A DNA stretch of 64,000 nt from Candidatus Marinacidobacterales bacterium (GCA_965224085.1 CBDCYI010000005.1:32001-96000); one strand, 5' to 3'. Shown: positions 48,633 through 59,013, counted from the stretch's first letter. Notes: generated from the sequence alone by a model not told the origin. Program-made: numbers and translations.

Positions 48633-49142
48633 ATGACGTGGTTCTTCCTCGTAGGATTCATGGGCACCGGTAAGACGACGCTCGGAAAGGCGGTAGCCGC
48701 TCAGTTGTCGCTTCCTTTCTTCGATTTGGACCGTGCCGTCGAACAGAACGCAGGTGCGAGCGTCCCGGATATTTTCGAGAACGAAGGAGAAGAGAGTTTC
48801 CGCAAGCGTGAAACAAAGGCCTTGTTGCAAACGCTCGAGCAACGACCGGAAGGCATGGTCGCGACTGGCGGAGGTGCGTTTATGATCGAGGAGAACCGAC
48901 GAATCATGATGGAAGCGGGCATTTCCGTCTGGCTCGACGTGCCTACGGACGAGCTGCTCGCGCGGGTAGGGGGCGACGGCCGCCCGCTGTGGAAAAACCC
49001 CGCGGAAGCGCGCGTCCTTGCAGAGCAGAGAAAAGCGTATTACCGTTTAGCCAATTTGCGCTTGGAGCTGGAAGGCCAATCTATCGAACAGAATACGACG
49101 TGCCTATACCGGCTGCTCGCACCTCATAGAAGTGATTCATGA
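48633..49142 (+). CDS. aroK: Shikimate kinase
   Basis: GFMGTGKTT, GEESFRKRE, ATGGG, RPL. Confidence 0.93.
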   Translation: MTWFFLVGFMGTGKTTLGKAVAAQLSLPFFDLDRAVEQNAGASVPDIFENEGEESFRKRETKALLQTLEQRPEGMVATGGGAFMIEENRRIMMEAGISVWLDVPTDELLARVGGDGRPLWKNPAEARVLAEQRKAYYRLANLRLELEGQSIEQNTTCLYRLLAPHRSDS

Positions 49143-49888
49143 GATACCTCGTACTGAGCGACATCCACTCGAACCTCGAAGCGCTGACCGCGGTGCTGCA
49201 GCGCGTGCGCCGCAAGCGCTTCGACCGGGTCGTCATCCTCGGCGACCTCGTCGGCTACGGCGCCGACCCGAATCCGATTGTCGACAGAGTCCGCAAGCTA
49301 AAACGTTCGGTGATCATCCGAGGCAATCACGACAAGGTATGTAGCGGCATCGACAACGGCGACATGTTCAACAAAATCGCGCTCCAGTCCGCGCGCTGGA
49401 CCGAGGATCAGCTGCTCCCCCGGCACCGCAAATGGCTCCGAGCGCTCCCCAAAGGGCCCGTCAAAGTAGGTGACGTTTTCTCGATCTCCCATGGAACGCC
49501 GCTCGACGAAGACGCCTACATCTTTGGAGAGATCGAGGCTCTCAACATGTTTCAGTACTTCGAGACGCCCATCTGCTTCTTCGGTCACAGCCATTTTCCA
49601 GTCGTCTTCGGACTCGACGACGAAGCCCTAACGACCCACATTCCGCTGACCCATGGCAGCGACAACTGCCGAATAAAGCTCGACAAAACAACGCGCTATC
49701 TCATCAACCCAGGCTCGATCGGCCAGCCCCGCGACGGCGACAACCGCGCAAGCTTCGGCATCCTCGATGACAAACGGATGACCATAACCATCTACCGCGT
49801 AAAATACCCCTACGAAAAAACGCAGCAAAAAATCCGTGCCGCCGGTCTCCCCGCCCCACTTGCCGACCGACTAGCCCTAGGCCGGTAG
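49139..49888 (+). CDS. Calcineurin-like metallophosphoesterase
   Basis: SDIHSN, GDLVGYG, GNHD, FGHSH, INPGSIGQPRDG. Confidence 0.92.
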   Translation: MRYLVLSDIHSNLEALTAVLQRVRRKRFDRVVILGDLVGYGADPNPIVDRVRKLKRSVIIRGNHDKVCSGIDNGDMFNKIALQSARWTEDQLLPRHRKWLRALPKGPVKVGDVFSISHGTPLDEDAYIFGEIEALNMFQYFETPICFFGHSHFPVVFGLDDEALTTHIPLTHGSDNCRIKLDKTTRYLINPGSIGQPRDGDNRASFGILDDKRMTITIYRVKYPYEKTQQKIRAAGLPAPLADRLALGR

Positions 49889-50002
49889 GGAGGTCCCCGT
49901 ATTCCGGGTAGCATTCAGGATCGGGACTCCGGCAGCATAGCTCGGTTGTCGGGAGTCTTGATCTGCCGGAGTCCTGAGAGCAATGCTGAATGCTGGAAAA
50001 CG

Positions 50003-50044
50003 AAACCCCCGATGCTGGCGGGCGGGGGCCAGCACCGAGGGCTT
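50003..50044 (-). terminator. Terminator-like hairpin after the small orphan ORF
   Basis: TGCTGGC/GCCAGCA core with imperfect outer pairing; T-rich tail on the minus strand. Confidence 0.45.
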
Positions 50045-50082
50045 CTTGAGTGGCGGGCTGCTCTTTTTATTGTGGGGAAAAT

Positions 50083-50424
50083 CTATTCATTGACAGCGCG
50101 ATTGATCGCTCGTCGCAGGCCGTGTTCGCCGGCACCACGTCCCTCGTCAGAGGGCGTCGTCCCAAACCGCAGTACAAAGCGTCCTCCCGTGGACAGCGAG
50201 AGGTTGTCAATCAGCTTGCGCGTCAAATCCTGCCACCGCCAGGTTCGCTTCCTGCCCAAGAGCGTCCGGATAGACTTCCGGAGCTCTTGGTCGGCGGCAG
50301 AGTACGTGACTTCGCCTTCGGCGGCACGAATGCCGATATGGAAGCGAATCTTGCCTACGCGCTCTGGACCACGGTAAACGCCGATCCCGAATTCCTGCTT
50401 GTCTAGCAATGCCATCGTCGCCAT
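50083..50424 (-). CDS. Hypothetical basic protein, 113 aa
   Basis: AAGGAG SD, upstream sigma54-like promoter, downstream hairpin; no recognised motif. Confidence 0.55.
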   Translation of the reverse strand: MATMALLDKQEFGIGVYRGPERVGKIRFHIGIRAAEGEVTYSAADQELRKSIRTLLGRKRTWRWQDLTRKLIDNLSLSTGGRFVLRFGTTPSDEGRGAGEHGLRRAINRAVNE

Positions 50425-50504
50425 TTTCGCTGACTCCTTCGTTGGGGCCCGGCATTTTCAGGCCCCGTCAGAGTTATTGTTTGTGTTGATGTACGCGTTG
50501 TATT

Positions 50505-50521
50505 AGCAAGAAGTGTGCCCA
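50505..50521 (-). promoter_or_regulatory. Sigma54-like promoter
   Basis: TGGGCACACTTCTTGCT, GG-N10-GC with a consensus TTGCT. Confidence 0.6.
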
Positions 50522-50692
50522 AGCGCACGTTTTGGCCGACTACACAATCGGGGGTGTTTTGTTCTGGCAACCACTAGGGGTTGCGGCGTTTATAGTCACA
50601 ACTCGGCCCGGCATTGAATTGCGCACGGTTCCATGGGTCCATCGTGTAGGAATTTCCCCACAAGCGCTTGGGGGCTGTCCCCCTCTAGCCCG

Positions 50693-51625
50693 TCAAGCGT
50701 TGATTTTACGCGAGTTTCGGCGGTCTTTCAGCCCGCTTGTAAAACCCCACACCGCTTCCGGAGAAGCCCACGCCTCGACGACGCGCACCGAAGGCCCGCG
50801 CGGCGCCCACTGTCGCGGATCGGTGGCAAGGAACAGTGCCAACGTAGGGGCGCCAGCTGCCGCCGCTAGGTGACTGACGCCTGAATCGTGGCCGATGAAG
50901 ACGGCCGAAAAAGCGAGAAGGGTAGCGAGATCGCGCAGCGGGAGCTCCGCCGCGACTGGGCCCGGCACAGCGCGCGCAAGGCTCGAGACGACGTCATGGT
51001 CAGCTTCGCCCTGGACCCAGAGCAGGTCCTGTCCCGCAGCACGGGCACAACGCGCAAATTCGGCGAACCAATAAGGCGGCCAGTTCTTTTTCGGACTGCC
51101 GCTCGACGGGTGGATCGCGACGAAACTCGCCGGCGTGAGGTCGTAGCGGTCAAGGAGCGGACTAGGGTCGCCGAAACGAAGCTCGGGCGGTTGTTTGGGT
51201 GCTTGGAACCCGAGCGCGCGCACGGATGACATCAGATGGTCGCTCGCGTGCACGGCTTCCGGTGGATTCGGCGAAGCTTCGACATAACGGAGCTGCAGCC
51301 GGCGGGCTTTCACGCCGAGAAGCGGAAGTCGCGCCCAGGCAACGATCAAGTCGAAAGCTTCGAGAAACGCGAGGAGATCACCATCCTCGGCGCGCGCGTC
51401 GAAAAAGGCACGGAACCAAGCGCGGTCGATCGAGTGCACGTCGTGGGCCAGGCCCGGCGTTTTAGCGAGCTCGGTGTACGGCAGCGTCCCGACGAGCTCG
51501 ACGCAGTTGCCCGGAGCCGCCAGGGCCGCAATCGCAGGAAACGTGAGAATCGTATCGCCAAGCGCGCCGGCACGAATGGCCAGGACGCGCTGTCCTCCGG
51601 CTGGGCTATACGTCGCGCCGAGCAT
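50693..51625 (-). CDS. GT9 heptosyltransferase-like glycosyltransferase
   Basis: IRAGALGDTIL, IHPSSGSPKKNWP, FIGHDSGVSHLAAA, LALF, WAP. Confidence 0.88.
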   Translation of the reverse strand: MLGATYSPAGGQRVLAIRAGALGDTILTFPAIAALAAPGNCVELVGTLPYTELAKTPGLAHDVHSIDRAWFRAFFDARAEDGDLLAFLEAFDLIVAWARLPLLGVKARRLQLRYVEASPNPPEAVHASDHLMSSVRALGFQAPKQPPELRFGDPSPLLDRYDLTPASFVAIHPSSGSPKKNWPPYWFAEFARCARAAGQDLLWVQGEADHDVVSSLARAVPGPVAAELPLRDLATLLAFSAVFIGHDSGVSHLAAAAGAPTLALFLATDPRQWAPRGPSVRVVEAWASPEAVWGFTSGLKDRRNSRKINA

Positions 51626-51662
51626 CCCTCACAGGCCTCACAGGATAGCCCACCGAATAGGC

Positions 51663-53171
51663 CTATTTCCTGGCGACGATCTCGTACTGCTCCTGATACA
51701 TGTTGTGATCGGAGCGGAGGTCGACGTCGCTGCGCAGCATCGATTTAAGCTCCTCCATAACCGGAGCATCTTTGCCTCGAAAGGCGCGCGCCACCTCGGG
51801 GTGTACGCGTAGCGTGAGCCCTTTGGAATATTCGACGAAGTCCTTACGCACCTGGTCCACGATTTCGTAAGCCAGGGTGGTCGGCGACTTGATCCAGCTG
51901 CTTCCCTGACAGGACGGACAGGGCCGGCACAAGACGCGCTCGAGCGAGCGCTTGACGCGCTTGCGCGTGAGCACGATGAGCCCGAACTCGTTGATCTGGA
52001 TGCTTTTGGTGGGCGAGCGATCTTTTTTCAACGCTTGTTCGAGAGCTGAGAAAACCTTGTTTTGGTTTCTTCGCTCCTCCATATCGATAAAGTCGATCAC
52101 GATGATGCCGCCCAAATCCCTGAGCCGCACCTGGTGAACGATCTCCTCGAGCGCTTCGAGATTGATGCGGGTGATCGTGTCTTCGAGCCGGCGGTCACCG
52201 GTATAGCGTCCGGTATTGACGTCGATGGCCACGAGCGCCTCTGTCTGGTTGATGACGATGTAGCCGCCGGATTTCAGCCAAACCTTGCTGCGCAGCGCTT
52301 TGTCGATCTCGGACTGGACGCCATACTCGTCGAAGATCGGGTAATTCTTCGAGTAATACTTTACCCGATGCAGGATCTGCGGCTGGATTTGGCGCACATA
52401 GTTCAACACCTGATCGAAGAGCTCCTCTGAGTTGATACGGATCGCAGAGAATTCCGGGGACAAAATATCGCGGATGTACTTGAATACGAGGCCGAGGTCT
52501 TTGTGGATGAGCGCGGGGGCTTTGACGTGCTCGGACTTTTCCAAAATCTCGACCCACTTGTTCTCGAGATAAGTGAGATCGGCGACGATGGCTTCATCGT
52601 CCTTTCCCTCCGCCGCGGTGCGCACGATGTACCCGCCAGGGCGCTTTTTCGTATTCTGGATGAGACGGCGAAGGCGGGAGCGCTCTTCGGCCGATTCAAT
52701 CTTCCGCGAAACACCGATGTGCTCGACCGTCGGCATGTAAACAAGAAGCCGCCCCGGAAGGCTCACGTAAGAGGTGATCCGAGCGCCTTTGGTGCCGAGG
52801 GGCTCCTTGGCTACCTGCACGAGGACCTCCTGCCCTTGTTTCAATAGCGCGTCGATGGACTGGTTGCTACTGCCCTTCGCCGCTCGGATCTCCCGCTCCG
52901 TCTCGACGATCCTCTCCTCCTCTTCGCTGAGGATGTCCTCGTCGTCAATGACGTCCGAGACATAGAGAAACGCGTCCCGCTCGAGCCCGATATCGACGAA
53001 CGCCGATTGCATACCGGGAAGCACTCGGTTCACAGAGCCTTTGTAGAGATTCCCCACAACTCCGCGGCTGCGCTCGCGCTCGAAAGCGACCTCTGAAACC
53101 ACGGAATCCTCGACGATCGCGAGACGCGTCTCGAGCGGGCTGAAACTGATGATCATTTCTTTGTTCGGCAT
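51663..53171 (-). CDS. rng: Ribonuclease G/E family
   Basis: GNLYKG, VLPGMQSAFVDIG, KEPLGTKGAR, AIDVNTG, LRDLGGIIVIDFIDM. Confidence 0.93.
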   Translation of the reverse strand: MPNKEMIISFSPLETRLAIVEDSVVSEVAFERERSRGVVGNLYKGSVNRVLPGMQSAFVDIGLERDAFLYVSDVIDDEDILSEEEERIVETEREIRAAKGSSNQSIDALLKQGQEVLVQVAKEPLGTKGARITSYVSLPGRLLVYMPTVEHIGVSRKIESAEERSRLRRLIQNTKKRPGGYIVRTAAEGKDDEAIVADLTYLENKWVEILEKSEHVKAPALIHKDLGLVFKYIRDILSPEFSAIRINSEELFDQVLNYVRQIQPQILHRVKYYSKNYPIFDEYGVQSEIDKALRSKVWLKSGGYIVINQTEALVAIDVNTGRYTGDRRLEDTITRINLEALEEIVHQVRLRDLGGIIVIDFIDMEERRNQNKVFSALEQALKKDRSPTKSIQINEFGLIVLTRKRVKRSLERVLCRPCPSCQGSSWIKSPTTLAYEIVDQVRKDFVEYSKGLTLRVHPEVARAFRGKDAPVMEELKSMLRSDVDLRSDHNMYQEQYEIVARK

Positions 53172-53678
53172 AGTAAGCCTCGGAGGAGGCATGCCGAAGA
53201 AGGGCGGCTGAGAACGGAACTTTTGTGGACTACACGTTTACGGTCAGCGCGCCAAAAGCGCCCCGATCGAGGTCTCGTCTTTACCCGAAAACAACGAAAG
53301 CGTTATTGCCAAACCAACAAAAGTCCTTAGGGGACGTGGCGACACGACTATAACCACCGCCGAAAGCGATACCAAACGTCCCACGCGCAGGGAAACCCTT
53401 CGCTCCATCGAGCCGGCCCAATCTTAGGCGCAGCCTCCTTTTGCAATATCAGGAGGGTGTACCCTCCGAGAAAAACAACAAAATCGTTAAGCACCACACA
53501 TCAAAAAGGCGCTCCAACTAAACTCTATCACAAGACCAGCATTCAGCATTCAGGACCACATTTTCGGTAAAGGGACTCTCAGCGGTCTCGGAATGCGCTT
53601 TGAATGAGAGGAGACCGTCATCGGAATCAGAGCTGACAACTGAAATGCTTAGTCTTAATGCTAATCGCTGAATGCCGA

Positions 53679-54770
53679 CTAATTTACGAAACGGCGCATC
53701 CTTACGTTCAAAATTAGGCCAAAGCCCACCAGGGTGGCCAGCAACGACGAACCTCCGTAACTCATCAGCGGCAGGGGAAACCCTTTTATGGGAACGAGCC
53801 CCGCCACCATGGACAAGTTGTAAAGGCTCTGGAAGACGAACATCGACAAAACCCCGAAGACTAGATAGATCCCGAGTCGATCGCGCGCGCGCCGGGCGGT
53901 CTCGAGGGAACGGAGCGCAATCACCAGGTAAAGAATAATGACGGTCACGACCCCTACGAAACCGAACTCCTCCCCCACGACCGCGAAAATGAAGTCGGTA
54001 TGCGGCGTCGGGAGGAACTGCAGCTGGCTCTGAGTGCCCTCGAGCCATCCTTGGCCGACGAGGCCCCCGGCCCCGACGGTGATCATGGACTGGATGCTCT
54101 GATAACCGGCACCTCTTGGATCGCGTCCTGGGTCGAGAAACGAGTACACTCGCTCCTTCTGGTAGTCTCTCAACGCGAAATTCCAGGCGAGCGGGACGGT
54201 CAGAACAACGACGAAGACACCGAGCAGAAGGAGCTTGGCCCGAACTCCCGCGAGCAGTGCCATCGCCGCATAGACGATCCCGATCGTGGCCGCCGTCCCG
54301 AGATCCGGCTGAAGCGCAATCAGGATCAATGGGACCCCGGCGAAGAGCCCGGCAATGACGACCTCGGAGGTTGCGAGCTGGTCCTTTCGCACACCGGAAA
54401 AGTACTTGGCGAGGAACACCACGACGGCGATCTTCGCGAGCTCACCCGGCTGAATCGTCCCGAAGCCGAGCTCGAGCCAACGATTCGTGCCCGCGCGCAA
54501 TCCGCCGAAGAGCACAAGATAAATCAGCAGGCCGATGATCCCGACATAGAGAAGTTCTGCCCGATCGACGATCGTGTGATAGTCGAAGAGCATGACCAGG
54601 AACATCAAGATCAGCCCAATGAGAAGTCGCGCTATTTGGGCCTTGTATAGCTCCGGCGTCGGTCCGGCCTGGCTTGCGCTGTAGATAACGATCAGTCCGA
54701 ACCCAGCAGCCACGAACAGCCCCAGGATCGTCAACCAATCAACGGAGCGCCATAGTTGTCTGTCGAGCAC
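53679..54770 (-). CDS. rodA: Rod shape-determining SEDS protein
   Basis: IQPGELAK, QPDLGTA, GYQSIQS, PHTDFIF, PLMSYGGSS. Confidence 0.95.
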   Translation of the reverse strand: MLDRQLWRSVDWLTILGLFVAAGFGLIVIYSASQAGPTPELYKAQIARLLIGLILMFLVMLFDYHTIVDRAELLYVGIIGLLIYLVLFGGLRAGTNRWLELGFGTIQPGELAKIAVVVFLAKYFSGVRKDQLATSEVVIAGLFAGVPLILIALQPDLGTAATIGIVYAAMALLAGVRAKLLLLGVFVVVLTVPLAWNFALRDYQKERVYSFLDPGRDPRGAGYQSIQSMITVGAGGLVGQGWLEGTQSQLQFLPTPHTDFIFAVVGEEFGFVGVVTVIILYLVIALRSLETARRARDRLGIYLVFGVLSMFVFQSLYNLSMVAGLVPIKGFPLPLMSYGGSSLLATLVGFGLILNVRMRRFVN

Positions 54771-56580
54771 GCAGGTTCCTCCGGTCCAGCTTTCCGTCAA
54801 AATAGGCCTTCAGGACTTGTTGCGCGATCGGAGCCGCTGCGCGGCCGCCACTACCGCCATGTTCCACGAGCACGGCAATCGCAATCTCCGGATTCACCCT
54901 GGGCGCATAGCCGATGAACCAGGCGTGATTGCGTAAGTGCTCCGGCCGGTCCCCGTCCGCGGACGCGGCCAAGCGGGCGCGTGAGGCGACCATGGACGTC
55001 CCCGTCTTTCCACTCACATCGATACCACGAAGCCGAGCGCGCCGCGCCGTCCCGACGCCGTTCACCGCCTGGAACATCCCTTCTTGCAATGCCCGCCAAT
55101 GTTCCTCGCGCAAGCCGACATGCCGGGTGGCCGGCTCGAGCACCATGTCCGAGTAGGGCTCGGGAGCAGCCCCAGCGGGTAATCGCCGCAAGAACAGCGT
55201 GGGACGGTGCACATCGCCAGAGGTCCCAACGGTGGCCGCGAGCTGAGCCATTTGGAGCGCGGTCACGAGCACCGCTCCTTGTCCAATGGCCACGGAAATG
55301 GTCTCCCCCGCGTACCACGGCTCGTTCCGCACCCTTTTCTTCCACTTCGGGTCAGGCACTAGTCCGGACACTTCATGGGGCAAGTCGATGCCCGTGGGAG
55401 TGCCAAGACCAAACAGCCGCGCGTAGTGAGCAATGGTCTCGATCTGCAGCTTGGAGGCGAGCTGATAGAAATAGCTGTTGCACGACTGCGCCAACGCCTC
55501 GATCAAGCCCAGGCTCCCGTGCCCTGCGCGAACGCAGTGAAACACATTGCCGTAGAGGCGCACCCATCCCCTGCAACTCATCTCGGTTTCCGGGGTCGCG
55601 AGACCCTCCTCTAGCGCGGCAGCGGCCACGACTAGCTTGAATGTCGAGCCGGGCGCATAGCGGCCTTGGGTAGCGCGATTCGAAAGCGGGAACTTCGGGT
55701 CGTTCCTCAGAGCGCGCCACGCCTCGTCGTCGATGGCCCCGGAAAACCTGTTCGGATCGTAGGCGGGAAAGCTGCCGAGAGCGAGCACTTGACCGTTTCG
55801 CGCGTCGAGAGCGACCACAGCGCCCGCCTTGTCGCCGTACGCGACTTCCGCGGCTCGCTGAAGATCGAGGTCGATCGAGAGTTGAACCGATTCCCCCCAA
55901 ATGGGCGGCACTTGCTCGAGAACACGCTCGCGTCTCCCGCGGCTGTTCACGACGAAACGCTGCACACCGTTTTGTCCCATCAAAGAACGGTTATAGATCC
56001 GCTCGACACCGGACTGACCGACATAGTCGTTGCGCGCAGCACCCGCAAACTCGTCCGAGCCCCGCTGCTCTTCGCTCAGCCGTCCCACGTGGCCAACGAT
56101 GTGGGCCGACAAGCTTCCTGCGGGATAGTAGCGGCGAGGGACGAACTGTATCCGCGCGCCCGGAAGCTCGAGTTGGCGCGCCTCGACCCTCGCTACTTCT
56201 TCGATAGGAAGGTCCTCTTTAACGAGCGCCGGCCCCAAGCGCACACGCCGCAAATGCGCCTCGAAATCCCCGTCCATGGGGAGCGCCACAAGCCGGTCGA
56301 GGGCTACGAGGGTCTCCGGACGGTCCTCTTCGAGCGTTAAATTAAAAGACGCGCGATTTTCCGCAATGATGCGACCGTGGCGGTCGAGTATCAACCCTCG
56401 CGGTGCGGCCTCGGAAACCGGCCGCACGTGATTGGCCTGGGCCTGGCGCTCGTAGGCGGTCGACCGCACGACTTGCAACTGCCAATAGCGCAGCGCGAGC
56501 CCGGCAAACAGCAGAATGAAGAGCGCGCGCCACCAGACGAGGCGATTTTGAAGCGGCCTCAAATCTTCATATATGTTCAT
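54739..56580 (-). CDS. mrdA: Penicillin-binding protein 2
   Basis: APRGLILDR, PGSTFK, SCNSYF, SGKTGT, HAWF. Confidence 0.95.
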   Translation of the reverse strand: MNIYEDLRPLQNRLVWWRALFILLFAGLALRYWQLQVVRSTAYERQAQANHVRPVSEAAPRGLILDRHGRIIAENRASFNLTLEEDRPETLVALDRLVALPMDGDFEAHLRRVRLGPALVKEDLPIEEVARVEARQLELPGARIQFVPRRYYPAGSLSAHIVGHVGRLSEEQRGSDEFAGAARNDYVGQSGVERIYNRSLMGQNGVQRFVVNSRGRRERVLEQVPPIWGESVQLSIDLDLQRAAEVAYGDKAGAVVALDARNGQVLALGSFPAYDPNRFSGAIDDEAWRALRNDPKFPLSNRATQGRYAPGSTFKLVVAAAALEEGLATPETEMSCRGWVRLYGNVFHCVRAGHGSLGLIEALAQSCNSYFYQLASKLQIETIAHYARLFGLGTPTGIDLPHEVSGLVPDPKWKKRVRNEPWYAGETISVAIGQGAVLVTALQMAQLAATVGTSGDVHRPTLFLRRLPAGAAPEPYSDMVLEPATRHVGLREEHWRALQEGMFQAVNGVGTARRARLRGIDVSGKTGTSMVASRARLAASADGDRPEHLRNHAWFIGYAPRVNPEIAIAVLVEHGGSGGRAAAPIAQQVLKAYFDGKLDRRNLRARQTTMALR

Positions 56581-56593
56581 CGTGCACAACCGG

Positions 56594-57073
56594 TTACACC
56601 GTGTCGGAGGATCCCTTCTGATCCACTTGTCTTACTAACAGGATACCAGCGATCGCGTTGCCGACGCACAAATAAAGCGGGGCCAAGCCTTCACCGAGAA
56701 CCCGTGGTTGTTCAGCGAAACGGCCCACGCCCGCAAGGATCGCCATATCGAGCAGTGTCGCCCCTACGAAGAAGAAAAGACGTGCGGACCATCCCCGGAT
56801 GATCAACTGGTGGCCCGCAATACCGGCGAGATAACCCACGGTGGTCTTCGAGATACCGTTGAATCCGAGCAAGCCTCCAGAGAACGCGTCCTGCAGCAGT
56901 CCGGCCGCGGTGCCGGTACAAAGCCCGACCATTCGCCCCCGGAGAAGGCCGAAGGTCGCCGCAACCACGGTGAACAGGTCGAGGTAGACGTTCAGGAACA
57001 CGAAGTAGCGCCCGAGCACAGTCTGGACGAGGAACGCGACCATAATCGCGAGAGCGATGTCCAGAAACTTCAC
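56594..57073 (-). CDS. mreD: Rod shape-determining protein MreD
   Basis: Hydrophobic, GLLQDAFSG; operon position. Confidence 0.85.
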   Translation of the reverse strand: MKFLDIALAIMVAFLVQTVLGRYFVFLNVYLDLFTVVAATFGLLRGRMVGLCTGTAAGLLQDAFSGGLLGFNGISKTTVGYLAGIAGHQLIIRGWSARLFFFVGATLLDMAILAGVGRFAEQPRVLGEGLAPLYLCVGNAIAGILLVRQVDQKGSSDTV

Positions 57074-57936
57074 TCGACCTGTTCGGTGATCTCGATGTCC
57101 TCGAGAGCGGGAAGGATAAAGACCTCCTCGAGGCGCGCGAGTCTAGCAGCTGGTTCGACGGTGATGGTTTTGAACAGACGCGGCCCGTCGCGCACGGAGG
57201 CGACACGCCCAATGGCGATGCCTTTGTGATAGATCCCGTCGATTCCCGACGTCACGATGGGATCCCCTTCGACCACGTCCTCGAGATTGCTGACGTAGTT
57301 CAACACGAGGCCGGACGGGCTGGACTGCTCCCCGCTTCCCGCCACGATGCCACGGATCCGCGTGCGCGTGAGAAGCGCGCCGACGGAACAATCCCGATCG
57401 GTCAAGAGCTGAATCTGCGCGACGTCCGGACCCAAGGAGATGACGCGGCCAACCAAGCCGCCGGCCGCGACGACGGGCGCGTTCAGCACCACGCCGCGAT
57501 CCTTGCCTTGATTGACCGTGATCGTGCGAAACCAGGCACTCGCGTCGAGGCCTATCACCTCGGCAACGATCGGTTCATATGAAAGGCGCTCGGCGAGCTC
57601 GAGCACGCCAGAGAGGCGGCGATAACTCGCGACGAGATCGCGCTCGAGCCACACAGCTTGCTCGAGCCGCGCAACTGCTTCGCGAAGCCGCTGATTGTCT
57701 TCACGAACGCCGCGCAAATCGACATAGCCATTCCACGCGGAACGAGTGCCGACGACGATAGCGTCAGCCCCGCGCTGAAACGGTGACAGGAGCGTGACGA
57801 TGAGCCCGCGCAACGCCGTGTCTCCCCGCTCGGTCGTCACTTGCGACGACAGTAGAAGCGCCTGCACAACGAGGACGAACAGAAAGAAGAAATGTCCTCC
57901 GCGGGAGCCCAGCGGAGCATTTACCGTGCTAGCCAT
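57070..57936 (-). CDS. mreC: Rod shape-determining protein MreC
   Basis: TM, coiled coil, GLVGRV, VTSGIDGIYHKGIAIGRV. Confidence 0.93.
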   Translation of the reverse strand: MASTVNAPLGSRGGHFFFLFVLVVQALLLSSQVTTERGDTALRGLIVTLLSPFQRGADAIVVGTRSAWNGYVDLRGVREDNQRLREAVARLEQAVWLERDLVASYRRLSGVLELAERLSYEPIVAEVIGLDASAWFRTITVNQGKDRGVVLNAPVVAAGGLVGRVISLGPDVAQIQLLTDRDCSVGALLTRTRIRGIVAGSGEQSSPSGLVLNYVSNLEDVVEGDPIVTSGIDGIYHKGIAIGRVASVRDGPRLFKTITVEPAARLARLEEVFILPALEDIEITEQVE

Positions 57937-57987
57937 GAATGATTGGGGTTGGCGTGGAAGGCCAAGTCCCACCGACAGGTTCTTGAC

Positions 57988-59013
57988 TCAATCCAGGCAG
58001 ACTTTCCTGAGTAGCTTGACGTCCTCGAGCATGCGGCCCGTGCCCAGAACGACAGAGGAAAGAGGGTCCTCTCCCATAGAGACAGGAAGGCCCGTCTCTT
58101 CACGAAGACGTTTGTCCAGATTCTTGAGAAGGGCACCGCCACCCGTCAGAACGATGCCACGATCCACGATGTCCGCCGAGAGTTCAGGCGGAGTCCTCTC
58201 GAGCGCGACGCGGACCGCACTGATGAGGATGCTGACAGTCTCTTCGAGCGACTCGCGGATTTCCTCATCGGAGATGACCAGCGTCTTGGGGATGCCCTCG
58301 ATCAGGTTGCGCCCCTTGATCTCCATGGTGACGGGTTTGTCGAGCGGGTAAGCCGAGCCGACTTCCATCTTGACTTGTTCCGCGGTGCGCTCTCCGATTA
58401 ACAAGTTATATTTCTTGCGGAGGTACTTGATGATGGCCTCGTCCATTTCGTTGCCCGCAACGCGAACGGAGCTGGAGTAGACGATTCCTGCCATCGAAAT
58501 GACCGCGATGTCCGTCGTGCCGCCGCCGATATCGACGACCATGTTTCCCGAGGGCTCCGTGATCGGAAGGCCCGCGCCGATGGCGGCCGCCATCGCTTGG
58601 TCCACGAGAAAGACCTCGCTCGCTTTGGCACGAAGCGCGCTGTCCTTGACGGCCCTCTTTTCAACTTGTGTGATCTCAGACGGAATGCCGATGACGATGC
58701 GAGGCGCGATCCAGACCTTGCGGTTATGGGCCTTCTGAATGAAATAAGCGAGCATTTTCTCGGTTATCTCGAAATCCGCAATGACCCCGTCCTTCATGGG
58801 TCGGATGGCAGTGATGTTGCCCGGCGTGCGCCCCAACATCTCCTTTGCCTCTTTGCCAACCGCCTCGACTTTTGTCGTGACGTCATTGATGGCAACGATG
58901 GAAGGCTCGGAAACGACTATGCCTCTATTCTTCGCGAAGACCAGCGTGTTCGCAGTCCCTAGATCAATGGCGAGCTCGTTGGACATGAAACTAAGAATAG
59001 AGCGAAGGTTCAT
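57988..59013 (-). CDS. mreB: Actin-like MreB
   Basis: IDLGTANTLV, IRPMKDGVIADF, VDIGGGTTD, LTGGGALL. Confidence 0.97.
   Translation of the reverse strand: MNLRSILSFMSNELAIDLGTANTLVFAKNRGIVVSEPSIVAINDVTTKVEAVGKEAKEMLGRTPGNITAIRPMKDGVIADFEITEKMLAYFIQKAHNRKVWIAPRIVIGIPSEITQVEKRAVKDSALRAKASEVFLVDQAMAAAIGAGLPITEPSGNMVVDIGGGTTDIAVISMAGIVYSSSVRVAGNEMDEAIIKYLRKKYNLLIGERTAEQVKMEVGSAYPLDKPVTMEIKGRNLIEGIPKTLVISDEEIRESLEETVSILISAVRVALERTPPELSADIVDRGIVLTGGGALLKNLDKRLREETGLPVSMGEDPLSSVVLGTGRMLEDVKLLRKVCLD

Noticed and set aside
50738-50751. Third TGTGGGG-type motif
   Set aside because: Lies within GT9 coding sequence (VWGFT) and is explained by codons
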